From NCBI RefSeq assembly GCF_001194135.2, contig NC_068982.1:74499045-74542695 (forward strand): a stretch of 43,651 nt of DNA, in the 5' to 3' direction. Source of the DNA: Octopus bimaculoides (taxonomy: Eukaryota). Made by a program: the position numbers and the translations under genes. Shown piece by piece: positions 24,184 through 36,732 of the stretch (its first letter is position 1; every line of letters begins with the position of its first letter). The notes beneath the pieces were generated by a model. It did no database searches. It saw only the letters and a program-made list of their open reading frames with translations, and had not been told where the DNA came from.

Positions 24184-24505
24184 AGACCGGGCGTTGTGAG
24201 TGTTTATTGAGCGATAACACCTAAAGCTACACTTGGCTCCGGCAGGGGATGGTGGTGAACCCTGCTGTACTCTTTCACCACAACTTTCTCTCACTCTTAC
24301 TTCATGTTTCTGTTGTGCCTGTAATTCAAAGGGCCAGCCTTGTCACTCTGTGTCACGCTGAATATCCCCGAGAACTACGTTAAGGGTACACGTGTCTGTG
24401 GAGTGCTCAGCCACTTGCACGTTAATTTCACGAGCAGGCTGTTCCGTTGATCGGATCAACTGGAACCCTCGACGTCGTTAGCGACGGAGTGCCAACAACA
24501 ACAAC
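24184..24505 (+). mobile_element. SINE family C body and tail
   Basis: gaccgggcg, ggagtgctcagccacttgcacgttaatttcacgagcaggctgttccgttgatcgg, 3' hairpin cgtcg[ttag]cgacg, (caa)n tail. Confidence 0.85.
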
Positions 24506-24899
24506 ATATATATGCACACACAGACGCACACACACTTAAACTCACACATATAATTATACACACTGAAAGAGAAGGCAAGAATGAGATGTGGAGAGAATGC
24601 ATGTGAGTGTGAGTGTGAGTATGAATGTATGATAAGAGTATTTGTTTCTGTTTCCGCGTCTGGAAGGATTAATAATGATGATGACGTCTGTATAACACAC
24701 GTGCGAAATACCGTGTAAGTTTTGTAGGAGTGTTTGTAAGTAGGCGTCTGTTTGGCTGATTTATCTATTGTTTTTATTGCATATGTTAGTGAGCACATCT
24801 CTTTGTGTGTTTTGGGTCAGTCGTCGCCTGCGAACGAATATGGCTCCGTGACTTGTATTGTACTCTCGATGCATATTTTCAATTTCAGGTGCATAAGCA

Positions 24900-25250
24900 G
24901 TTGCGAGCAGACATAAATACCCTTTCTTCTCTCCTTTGGCCCAGTGGTACATCCAGTTAAAGAGTATGAACGGTTAAAAAGAGAACGGCGAAGGTACCAG
25001 GCTATAGAGGGGACCGGAATCGAAGTAGCGGTGAAGGGCAAGGAGACCGACATCGTGAGGATCGATAATATATGGAAGGTTGAAGGGATGATGTCCGTGG
25101 AGAAGCGGAAACAGGTTGACCTGTGGGAAACGGGAGTTAAAAACGTGGAGAGTTTGATTTGTGTCATGGATGTGGGAGGAGAGAAAGTGCACCTGGGTGC
25201 GAGGACGCTATTTAGGCACGCGGGGATGAACATGATGGAGTAGTTGCCTG
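24900..25250 (-). pseudogene. Penelope-like element reverse transcriptase fragment (decayed)
   Basis: Across frameshifts: LNSVLAP / VHFLSSHIHDTNQTLHVFNS / FSTDI / PHDVGLLALHRYFD, resembling the PLE consensus LPSYIRDT..FTMDV.SLYT.IPH..GL.AL..FL. Confidence 0.78.
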
Positions 25251-25266
25251 ATGTGACGCACACACA

Positions 25267-25312
<46 letters not shown>

Positions 25313-25402
25313 NNNNNNNNNNNNNNNNNNNNNNNNNNNNNNNNNNNNNNNNNNNNNNNNNNNNNNNNNNNNNNNNNNNNNNNNNNNNNNNNNNNNNNNN
25401 NN

Positions 25403-25439
<37 letters not shown>

Positions 25440-25459
25440 ATATACTTATATATACATGC

Positions 25460-25700
25460 ATACACATCCCATTCCATCTCACTTCTTAAAACCTACCCCC
25501 ATACAGTAGCACTTCCACCTGCTTTCTAGCATTCGCTCTTTCTACTCTAACTTCTACTGTTTCTCACTATCGATATGCTTCTCTCTTTCTTCTGAAGAGG
25601 AAATATCGTCCGAAACGTTATGATGTTTTCTCTTTCAATTGAAACGTTAAGCTAACACATTGCTCTTCTTGTGTTGTCCTCTGTAATATTTATTGTATTT
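25460..25700 (+). mobile_element. Short pLTR-like element with hammerhead motif, copy 3 (more divergent)
   Basis: Pyrimidine-rich leader, hammerhead core, aacgttaagctaacacat, T-rich tail. Confidence 0.55.
25588..25624 (+). ncRNA. Minimal type-I hammerhead ribozyme motif (canonical core)
   Basis: tctt-CTGAAGA-gga[aatatcg]tcc-GAA-ACGT-T-atga: all core nucleotides present, 3-bp stem II, stem I with one mismatch. Confidence 0.6.
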
Positions 25701-25729
25701 ACACACACGCACACACACACATACGCACA

Positions 25730-25779
<50 letters not shown>

Positions 25780-27066
25780 CGTTCTAGGACATTATTTTGG
25801 AATCTAATATTTGCAGGAGGATTGTCAATTGTTGACTGCTACTAATGTAATTACTAAAATACACTTAAAATGCTTTGAAAGATAGATAGAGATAGTAATT
25901 AGGCAGTAGAGGCAACCATTTGACTAACTGACCATTGAGGAACTATGTCTCTTCTCCCCTACTCCGCCTCACTCTCTGAGTATATCATTATATTACTCTT
26001 CTCTCACGAGTTTAAAACTATCGACATATTTGCCTACGATGCAATGTCATTGTGCCTGTTTTACTATGCCACTCTTTTTATGTTTGCATAATTTATCCTC
26101 GACTTGTATAAATATCCAAATTTTTGCCGATATATTTGTATATATATATATATATATATATNNNNNNNNNNNNNNNNNNNNNNNNNNNNNNNNNNNNNNN
26201 NNNNNNNNNNNNNNNNNNNNNNNNNNNNNNNNNNNNNNNNNNNNNNNNNNNNNNNNNNNNNNNNNNNNNNNNNNNNNNNNNNNNNNNNNNNNNNNNNNNN
26301 NNNNNNNNNNNNNNNNNNNNNNNNNNNNNNNNNNNNNNNNNNNNNNNNNNNNNNNNNNNNNNNNNNNNNNNNNNNNNNNNNNNNNNNNNNNNNNNNNNNN
26401 NNNNNNNNNNNNNNNNNNNNNNNNNNNNNNNNNNNNNNNNNNNNNNNNNNNNNNNNNNNNNNNNNNNNNNNNNNNNNNNNNNNNNNNNNNNNNNNNNNNN
26501 NNNNNNNNNNNNNNNNNNNNNNNNNNNNNNNNNNNNNNNNNNNNNNNNNNNNNNNNNNNNNNNNNNNNNNNNNNNNNNNNNNNNNNNNNNNNNNNNNNNN
26601 NNNNNNNNNNNNNNNNNNNNNNNNNNNNNNNNNNNNNNNNNNNNNNNNNNNNNNNNNNNNNNNNNNNNNNNNNNNNNNNNNNNNNNNNNNNNNNNNNNNN
26701 NNNNNNNNNNNNNNNNNNNNNNNNNNNNNNNNNNNNNNNNNNNNNNNNNNNNNNNNNNNNNNNNNNNNNNNNNNNNNNNNNNNNNNNNNNNNNNNNNNNN
26801 NNNNNNNNNNNNNNNNNNNNNNNNNNNNNNNNNNNNNNNNNNNNNNNNNNNNNNNNNNNNNNNNNNNNNNNNNNNNNNNNNNNNNNNNNNNNNNNNNNNN
26901 NNNNNNNNNNNNNNNNNNNNNNNNNNNNNNNNNNNNNNNNNNNNNNNNNNNNNNNNNNNNNNNNNNNNNNNNNNNNNNNNNNNNNNNNNNNNNNNNNNNN
27001 NNNNNNNNNNNNNNNNNNNNNNNNNNNNNNNNNNNNNNNNNNNNNNNNNNNNNNNNNNNNNNNNNN

Positions 27067-27099
<33 letters not shown>

Positions 27100-27145
27100 C
27101 ATGTGTGTATGTGTGTGTGAGAGGAAAACAGCGTGAGAGAGAGAA

Positions 27146-27193
<48 letters not shown>

Positions 27194-27781
27194 TATACGC
27201 GCGTTTATGTGTGTATAGACCGTGGAAGAACTCTGTAGATGTTTGTATATATTTCTGCTAATTAATCAGTGTTGGAGCCTGGCCAATGATCAATATGATC
27301 ACTCCCAAACTGAAAAAGATCGATATGGTTGACGTTCATTCAGTACCGAGGTTGACGCCTCCAGGAAATACACAGGAAGGGTGGGGATTGCTGAAATATA
27401 CGGTTGTGGGGTGGAAGGCCTAGAAAATTATTTAGTTTGGTTTTAGGCATATATATATATATATGAACCCGATAATAATTTCTTTTCTTTATGATATAGA
27501 ACATTCGTGTGAAGTATTTTCTGTCAGTTCTATTGTATACATATATGCATATATTACATACATACACCCACCCCCACACACACACATAAATACGCAAATG
27601 TCGAACGATGAAAATGAGTGCTCAACACTGCATTGGTGGATATAATTTCTTTATTTGTGAATTAAGGCTTCCATTGGTTTCATGACAAGACAAGTAGGAA
27701 AATATCCTAGAGTCTAAACAATTTTTCAAGCCGATCACATGGAGTAAGTTGTTCGCTTCCATTCAAGAAAGCACAGCCTAT

Positions 27782-27963
27782 ATATAAATCCAAAATTATG
27801 GAATGGAGCAGATAAAATCCAGGCTACTTCTGTTTCATAGCTAGCAGTACCTCGGAAATAGTAATTATCCAAACGAGGGGTAATCCACTAGCTACTCGTC
27901 GGGCCATATTGAAATATGTAGGCTGGATTTTATCTGCTCCATTCCCTAATTCTGGATTTCTAT
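27782..27963. mobile_element. Foldback/MITE-like element with ~46-bp inverted arms
   Basis: Arms 27782-27827 and 27918-27963 (4 mismatches). The spacer shows residual inner symmetry (tttca/tgaaa, tagctag/ctagcta, cctcg/cgagg). Confidence 0.75.
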
Positions 27964-28768
27964 TCGCATACACAGTAACACCTACTGCTAACCATAAGCC
28001 GTAAAACAATGTTTTCAGTTTATTGAACTTTGACACAGGAAAAATATGTACACTTTCTATGTCAATAAACCACTATTGTTCCTGAAAGTTGTCTTTTATA
28101 TCTTCTACGGACTGCTCGAAGCTTACTTTCCTCATACATCTTGTCACATCTATCACGTCAGATTGACGATGGGAAGGATGACTTCCCTTTGCAAATACTG
28201 ACAGGGCACAGAAAGTGTGTCAATAGCCAGCTGGAGGAGATGTTCTCCTGTGGCTAAAAGCAACAGTAACATTCACCCTTAGGGTCTAGCCGCATTTAAG
28301 TGGCAAATATACTATTATATATATATATACATATATATATATCATCCATTTCATTCATACCTCCCTACCTTCCTACCTACCTACATACATACATACAATT
28401 ATATGTATGCCCACATACGGGAATGCATAGCATACGTCGTCGGCACTACTCGTGTCCAAGTTTGGTTCATCCGGCTCCACCTTGATGGTTTCAGAGCATC
28501 ATGCAGAGTCCAGATGGTTCATTCGCGTGTTTATTTTTTATTAGGGTGGACGACGGTTCACGTACCCGATGCTCACGCACTTCAATCCAAGACCTCTGCG
28601 GCTCATCACGTGGTTGAGACAGACGGTCTTGAAAAATAGAGCTGTGTCGTGCTGCCAAAACCCTGATCTTTTAGAGATCACCTTGAAGCCAGCCCGAACG
28701 GCGGTACCAGAGTTCTTTCAGCCTACCGTTTCGAGGTTCTTGACAGGCTTTCACGTCTACTGTGAAGG

Positions 28769-28830
28769 CCTGACTGTACTTCACCCTATCAAGCGATTCC
28801 CTGACTGTACTTCACGCTACCAAGCGATTC
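28769..28830 (+). repeat. 31-bp tandem duplication (2 mismatches)
   Basis: cctgactgtacttcacSctaYcaagcgattc twice, inside an unclassified GC-richer segment at 28430-28870. Confidence 0.9.
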
Positions 28831-29034
28831 CCTACTTGAGCGTTTCCCAGGATCCACGACAAGGACGCAGAAGTTAGCTTTTGCATGCATAGCATACATA
28901 TATACATAAAATAATCATCTATGTATCATGCTTAATGTGTATACACAACTGAAAAGCAAATTTACTGAAGTATTCGTCAGGAGATAGCATCTCTTTTGGG
29001 TGCTGTGTTTAAAAACACAACATATATCAGAAGT

Positions 29035-29360
29035 GAAGGAGCGTGGTTTAGTGTTTAGGGTTTTCAGCTCAAGATCTTACGATCGTGAGTTCGATTCCTG
29101 GTGGCATGTTGTGTCCTTGAGCAAGACATTTTATTTCACATGGCTCCAGTCCAATCAGCTGGCAAAATTGAGTAGAACCAGACCAGTAGTTCAAAGGACA
29201 AGCCCTGTCACATTCTGTCACACTGAATCTCTCTAACAATTATATTAAAGGTAGGCGTGTCTATGGAGTGCTCAGCCACTTGCAAGTTAATTTCATGAGC
29301 CGGCTGTTCCGTTGATTGGATTAAGTGGAGTCCTCGTCGTTGTGACCGACGGGGTGCTAG
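29035..29360 (+). mobile_element. SINE family C, full length
   Basis: A box tggtttagtg, B box gttcgattcc, core gtgtccttgagcaagac, body shared with 24184-24505, 3' hairpin cgtcg..cgacg. Confidence 0.85.
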
Positions 29361-29724
29361 TAATATATTGGAAGGAGACAAAAAATTACACCAACTTACC
29401 GATATATAATGTGCCTTTAAACAGAGCACGTCCATAAAAGATGTTATCTCTGGACGAATAACGCAGTAAATTTGCCTTTCAACGGTGTATAGACTTTAAG
29501 TATGACACACAAATTGCTTTTTAAATATAATACTGCTCCTATTGAATATAACAGATTTCTATATGAAAGCTCAAATAAATATTAGTATGGCCATTCTCGC
29601 CTTCTCACGCATCTTTTTTAACATTGTGTACTACAAACGACGAATTAATGACTAACACCCACCAAAACCCAAACAGAAAACAACTGTATCGAACTGATGA
29701 AAAATTCTGATGAAAATTTCTGAC

Positions 29725-29850
29725 TATAGGTCGATTAAATAAGTACCAGTTACGCACTGGAGTCGATGTAATTGACTTAATCCCTTTGTCTGTCCTTGTT
29801 TGTCCCCTCTATGTTTAACCCTCTGTGGGCAATAAAGAAATAAGATTTAG
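29725..29850 (+). mobile_element. SINE family B, 3' half
   Basis: gtcgattaaataagtaccagttacgcactggagtcgatgtaattgactt...gggcaataaagaaataag. Confidence 0.8.
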
Positions 29851-30068
29851 ATTTGTATATATAATTATTGAGTTAACTGAATATTACTAACTGCCTCGAT
29901 AACAACCTTAACAAACTTTGCTTCACAAAGCCGAAAGGTGCGGCTAATTAGAATTTTACTGTTACAAGTTATTAAAGACATGGTGAAAATAGGTGAAACA
30001 TTTTAGCAGTTTGGCTTTGTAATAAATACATGTATACACACGTATAGACGTGCAAAGCTATCTTTGTA

Positions 30069-30099
<31 letters not shown>

Positions 30100-30103
<4 letters not shown>

Positions 30104-30453
30104 TCTTTTATTCTTTTATTTGTTTCAGTCAGTTGACTACATCCATGCTGGAGCACCGCCTTTAGTCGAAGAAATCGAGCCCAGAACTTATTCTTTGTAA
30201 GCCTAGTACTTATTCCATCGGTCACTTTTGCCGAACCATTAAGTTACGGGGAGGTAAACACACAAGCATGCGTTGTCAAGCGATGTTTGGCGGACAAAAT
30301 CAGACACACAAACATACACACATACATGCATATACATAAATATATACGACGGGCTTCTTCCAGTTTCCATCTACCACATCCTCTCACAAGGCTTTGATCG
30401 GCCCGAGGCTATAGTAGAAGACCATGTGGTTGGTAAGCAAGCTACTTACCACA
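30100..30453 (-). mobile_element. SINE family A with a deletion in the head
   Basis: The reverse complement matches 23699-24046, but the B-box-containing segment between accacatgg and tcttctactatagcc is missing. Confidence 0.88.
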
Positions 30454-31062
30454 TACATACATACATACATACATATACGTATGTATGTAGAGGCACACAG
30501 ACAGATAGACGTAAAAATAGAAAACGAAGTAGTATATGTGTATATATAAATCCAAACAACGGAACAAAAATGTAACGGACGACAATAAAAACATACGGAC
30601 AGATTGACGATACAAAGACGGACAGGAAAACCGGGGCAGAAGATTCGTGACTTTCTATTCATCAATCAAGCTTCCAATTATCATTACAGTTTTGGCCTGT
30701 TACACTTGATAGGCCCCCAAAAATCTAAGCTAAGGGCAATACATTTTTGGAAGAAAGCGAGCGAATATGTGCGACAATACAGACATAGAAAAACGGAGAA
30801 AATATTACAAGATTACAAATACAAACAACAAGAATAGCAGCAGGCGTCTTTCGACTAAAAGGACAACTTAAACTAAGCTGGCGTGTGAAGTGGAAGCCTT
30901 GTGGCAACAAACATAGTTGAAAGTCAGGAAAATAAGTTGTTGCGCGAGCGGCGGCGGTTTGTATCTATCTATCTATCTATCTATCTATAGGGATAAGTTG
31001 AACATTGACAAACCTCGGAACCACCGTAGGAATTTGAGAATCACAGGTCTTGTTTCAAATAC

Positions 31063-31122
31063 CTGATTGGATGAACTGTAAAGGCTTTGTAGCCAGTACA
31101 GCGCAGTTTTGAGTGGCAGAAT
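31063..31122 (-). CDS. Candidate exon 3' portion abutting a gap
   Basis: 60 nt open in all three minus frames, ending CAG|GTATTT. No homology recognised. Confidence 0.2.
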
Positions 31123-31945
31123 NNNNNNNNNNNNNNNNNNNNNNNNNNNNNNNNNNNNNNNNNNNNNNNNNNNNNNNNNNNNNNNNNNNNNNNNNNNNNN
31201 NNNNNNNNNNNNNNNNNNNNNNNNNNNNNNNNNNNNNNNNNNNNNNNNNNNNNNNNNNNNNNNNNNNNNNNNNNNNNNNNNNNNNNNNNNNNNNNNNNNN
31301 NNNNNNNNNNNNNNNNNNNNNNNNNNNNNNNNNNNNNNNNNNNNNNNNNNNNNNNNNNNNNNNNNNNNNNNNNNNNNNNNNNNNNNNNNNNNNNNNNNNN
31401 NNNNNNNNNNNNNNNNNNNNNNNNNNNNNNNNNNNNNNNNNNNNNNNNNNNNNNNNNNNNNNNNNNNNNNNNNNNNNNNNNNNNNNNNNNNNNNNNNNNN
31501 NNNNNNNNNNNNNNNNNNNNNNNNNNNNNNNNNNNNNNNNNNNNNNNNNNNNNNNNNNNNNNNNNNNNNNNNNNNTCTGTCATTAATACACCTTTATATA
31601 TATATATATATAGGTGTATTAATGACTATTTTCTACCTAATTATTCAGGCTGTGTATCTATTTGCGCATAAATCAATAGATAGGGAATAACTGTGTATAT
31701 ATTTGTGCAACTATTTCTCTGTTATTTGTACGCATAATACTATTCTATAAAAGTTACTTACAAGAAGGTATACAGCATGCATAAGAAGTCATCGAAACTC
31801 ACACACAAGTGGATATACATACATATGTACATATATACGCTTGTGTGTATTGTACAGGTGTGTGTGTGCATGTATATATCTGCAATTAGCTGTGCATGTA
31901 TATGGGTCTATGTGCACATATGCTAATATGTGTGTGTGTTTATAT

Positions 31946-31976
<31 letters not shown>

Positions 31977-32017
31977 CATCTACATGTCTCTTGATCTGCG
32001 TGCTTATACATAGAATC

Positions 32018-32059
<42 letters not shown>

Positions 32060-32245
32060 AGTATGACGTCCACCATTATATTTTGGCATACTTCAAAGAA
32101 TACACACATATACCTGCTATATGTATACATTCATCTAGAGTCATATATAAACACACCCTATATACATATACATATATACACGCTGCACACATTGTGTAAC
32201 AAATATTTGTTAAGAAACTAATGGCAGAAAATAATTCAAAAATAT

Positions 32246-32288
<43 letters not shown>

Positions 32289-32700
32289 GAAATGCTCAGA
32301 AACTACGTATTTCTGTACATATGAGTGTATAAACATGTGTGTGTGTGTGTGTGTGTGTTCAAAAGTAAAATCAGAAAGAAAAGAAGTGAAACAACAAGAA
32401 AACCGAAAGACAATCTCAAGAAGATGGCGGCGAACACAAACCTAAGTAAAAATGTATAACAGTGTTGAGATTGTCTTGTGCATTGTTGTACTTTGAATTG
32501 TGGTACGGAATTATTGATTTTTCTAGCTTCTACTGTTTGCCTTCATAGAAGACACAGAGAGAGACAGTGTGACAGACGGACAGTCCGATATATATATATA
32601 TATATATACATGTATATATGTAATATGTGTATATGATATATACGTATGAATATTTATTGTACATGATATAAGAATATGGTTTCCTATATACCTACCTGGG

Positions 32701-32732
<32 letters not shown>

Positions 32733-33382
32733 CATAGAGAGAGAGAGAGAGGGAAAGTGTTGGGAGGGGAAGAGACGGACAGACAGGCTGTCATAAATCT
32801 ACTGTGTGTATGTGTAGGGTATGCATATTTAAATGTATCTATGTTACATATTTCTATAAATTAAATATTTTATGCATAATTTAAATATATGTACATCTGT
32901 GTGTGTGTGTGTGCGGAGTGTGTCCATGTGTGTGTGTATGTGTGTTCACGTCTGCGCGTGCGCGCGTGTGTGGGTGCCTTTGTATCGCCCTGCCTCCCTA
33001 TGAAACAGTTATTCAAACTCAGCGATGAAATAAGCAGCTTAAAAGAAATATAACTGCACAACCCAATGTTATCGGTGTCCATCTACCATCTAACTCCTGC
33101 AATGTTGTATAGCGTATCTGCTTGTATTTCTCTTTGATATATGAAGTGCTGGATTCATTCTTTAGTCTGTTTCATGCGAATTTCTATATTAAACGCAATT
33201 CTATATTAACAATTGCTACATACACAGTGAGAGTAAATGATTGTCTTTAGTTCAACAGCAGCTGAGTAAGTAAATAGTCTCTGAAACAACGAGGTTTCCA
33301 GTATTGTAACTTTAGGATAACCATTCCATTTCATCTTTGTATTTAATGTTGAGGATCATATTTTTCTTGCCTGCTTATACAT

Positions 33383-33438
<56 letters not shown>

Positions 33439-33457
33439 ATAGGTATATATATACATA

Positions 33458-33920
33458 CAATAATCATGCGACTATAACAAGTGTTACGTTCCAAAACCCC
33501 CACGATAAATGAAAATCCGCGGAGTAGAAACAGTACTGTACTGTATATATTTTTTTAATTATTTCTACAATTTGTATATATTTATTTTATTATAAATGCA
33601 AAACAACACCACACACCCGCCTCCCGAGTTTCGTTTTCCATACAGTATGTTTACTCATCTATGGTACACTACGAATTTTCTTTTGATATATTTTAGTAAA
33701 TGTGTTATACAGTGCAGTACTACTGTATTTTAATATTTTATTTTTTTAATTTTTAGGCGTGAAAATGCTTATTTTACCACGGAAATAATTAAAATCTAAA
33801 AATATATAAATACCTATCGGTCGCAGAATGCCGCGATATAAATTTACATATATTAACCAGAAAAATCCGCGGTGTACTAGGGCGCGATAGGTGAACCGCT
33901 ATATGGCGAGTGATTACTAC
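33458..33920. mobile_element. Non-autonomous pogo/Tigger-like DNA transposon (MITE)
   Basis: TA-flanked degenerate TIRs (caataatcatgcgactata and reverse-complement agtaatcactcgccatata), repeated aaaatccgcgg sub-terminal motifs, AT-rich interior. Confidence 0.65.
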
Positions 33921-33921
33921 G

Positions 33922-33956
<35 letters not shown>

Positions 33957-34230
33957 AAGAAATTTGTAAGTGTGCATATGTATGTACATATACAACCATT
34001 TACATTGATATGTTTACACCTATGTTTTTTGTGAGTGCAAGTGTGTAAATGTGTGTATATGNNNNNNNNNNNNNNNNNNNNNNNNNNNNNNNNNNNNNNN
34101 NNNNNNNNNNNNNNNNNNNNNNNNNNNNNNNNNNNNNNNNNNNNNNNNNNNNNNNNNNNNNNNNNNNNNNNNNNNNNNNNNNNNNNNNNNNNNNNNNNNN
34201 NNNNNNNNNNNNNNNNNNNNNNNNNNNNNN

Positions 34231-34267
<37 letters not shown>

Positions 34268-35048
34268 ATGTATATATATATATGTATATATATGTGTGTG
34301 TGCGTATGTATTGGGATTCCACTGAGCCACAGTAATACAAATCATAAGCATTTATATATCTATATATGCATTCATGTATTCATACTCACAAATTTTCGCA
34401 CACGCATACACAAACCACACTTACACACACACAAACACACACACACACACATACACACACACATACACAAATGCAACATTTTGTATAAATACGCTACTCG
34501 GGGAACTGTGGTGATCATAATTATTATATTCTATAATAAACTTATCTCCCTTTCTTCCTTTCCTCTCTTCCTACCACCTCTTACTTCACTAGTCTTCATC
34601 CTTCTCATCCCTCCATTCTCACCGCCATTTTTTAACCTCTCTCACTCTCTTTCTCCACTTCCCCATCACCATTCTGCTCTTTCTCTTCTCTGTCCTTTAA
34701 ATCACGTGGTAAACTCGCTCAATGGCGTGTGCGAAAATGCATACATACGTACATGCATATACGCACGCAGCTATACACACATGCATAAATGTATGCATAT
34801 ATGCATACATACACATATACATACATTTATGCATACATGCTTGCATGCATATATATGTATCAATCCGTCTGTTCAGCTAATACATACGTACATGCATAGA
34901 GGCAGGCAGACAGACATATAAAAGTTCAATAAATACGAATGCTACAAAAAGATAGTAAGCAATCCTTTAATGTTAAATTGCTTTTATATATAAATTGACA
35001 AGCACAATCTTGAATATATATATATATACATTTCTATATATATATGTG

Positions 35049-35090
<42 letters not shown>

Positions 35091-35304
35091 TGTGTGTGTG
35101 CGGGTGTGTGTATGTATGTATGTATATATATACATACAAACTTACATACATACACGCGTACACACGCGCACACACACATATACACATGCATATACATATT
35201 CATACTTATAAATATGTTATGTGGTTGTGTCTACAGTATATATGTATGTACGTATGTATGTATATATGTACGTATGTATGTATATATATGTGTGTATATA
35301 TATC

Positions 35305-35372
<68 letters not shown>

Positions 35373-35384
35373 GTCATTTCAAAT

Positions 35385-35525
35385 AAACGAACGATAAAAT
35401 AAACAATAACAGACAACAAGAGGACGTACACACGGAATGAATTAGTTTGTCGCTCAGTAAAAAGAGCTTTTGACGTTTCGAGCACAGCTCTTCGTTGGAA
35501 AGGAGAAAGAAGGAAAAGAAATCGC
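35385..35525 (-). mobile_element. Short pLTR-like element with hammerhead motif, copy 4
   Basis: Reverse complement has the hammerhead motif, then gagcgacaaactaattca and a T-rich tail. Confidence 0.6.
35467..35502 (-). ncRNA. Minimal type-I hammerhead ribozyme motif (core mutated)
   Basis: cttt-ccaacgaa-gagc[tgt]gctc-gaa-acgt-c-aaaag: U4 changed to C and G5 to A. Stem II perfect, GUC site. Confidence 0.55.
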
Positions 35526-35774
35526 CACCAGTACGTGTGTAGTTACATTTCTGAAGTGCGTACATAGGTTTAGTGATGCAAGCAGGAAAAAGGAACTCAC
35601 AACATGACTATGTATACATTTTGTATACATTTTGTATTAAGAATCGGCATAGGTTTCAGAGTGACTCAAAGGCCAAGGATTTCTTGCGTTGGCACTTATC
35701 AAAGGCACGAAACACTCTGCCCTTGATTCACTCTGTAACTTTTGTCAATATAAACAGGTATGTATATGTATATA

Positions 35775-36070
35775 GACCAAAGCCTTGTGAGTAGATGCAC
35801 GTCGTATATGTGTGGGTGTATGTGTATACTTATACTTATATGTGTGTGTCTTTGTGTCTGTGTTTGTCCTCCCATCGCCATCGTTTGACAACCTATGTTG
35901 CTGTGTTTACGTACCTGTAACTTAGCGCTTCAGCAAAAACGACTTATTGAATAAGTACTAGACTTACAAAGAATAAGTACTGGGATCGATTTCTTCGACT
36001 AAACTCGTTTAAGGCAGTACTCCAGCATGGCTGTAGTAAAATGATTATGAAACAAGTAAAAGAATGAAAT
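35775..36070 (+). mobile_element. SINE family A (5'-truncated)
   Basis: gaccaaagccttgtgagt, internal microsatellite, cttacaaagaataagtactggg..ttcgactaaa..ccagcatgg..gaaacaagtaaaaga. Confidence 0.85.
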
Positions 36071-36464
36071 AATGTGTGTGTGGGGGGTGTATGTGTCATT
36101 AATAACATACAGAAAAAGGTATGGTATTCAATACTTTACAGAACATGCACAGGTGTCACAAAATTACCGCCAGAATTACTTAACAGTTGTAGAAACATTA
36201 TATAATCTTGTAATAAATTTTGTTGGTGTTTCGCAATAGATATAACAACGAGCGTTTAAAATTCAATATATATATATATACCCGTTATGCAAATTATCAA
36301 AAATTTCGCAAGCCGCACATTGTAATAGGAGATACAAGACTACAAGTCATAGATATTTGTGGTTACGCCTCTCACTCCCACGTTGGTACGACAAAAATCA
36401 TTCATAACAACAACAATAATTAATAACAACAATACCGATAACAAAGAGTTGGTTATAAATAATA

Positions 36465-36732
36465 TCTCGGATATCTCGGCAAACAGACCCCTCTGGAGAC
36501 ACACCATCAAAACGGGTTCAGCGGACTTCAAGAAAGCCCGAGTTGCAAGAGACGGGAGAGAAAGCAGCGCCTTCTCCTTCCCAAACCAACCCCTTCTATC
36601 CCTTGTCCACAATGTCCCCGTATGTTTCATGCAACCCTTGGATTGCGGAGTCATCTGCGGTTCAAACACCCAGGAAAATGAACTGGATTGCAAGCTCGGA
36701 AACACGAGACGCAGCCAACTACAACTACTACT
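36465..36732 (+). pseudogene. RTE-clade LINE 3' end
   Basis: ANRPLWRHTIKTG.../ PCPQCPRMFHATLGLRSHLRFKHPGK*, 3' hairpin ctcg[gaaaca]cgag, (caa/cta)n tail. Confidence 0.88.

Noticed and set aside
28700-28760. Hammerhead-like agcc..gaaacggta-ggct on the minus strand
   Set aside because: No CUGANGA, and no room for stem II.
30560-30900. Minus-strand T-rich segment as another hammerhead pLTR
   Set aside because: Only tgatga...cgaat is present, without pairing stems, and there is no match to the four-copy family.
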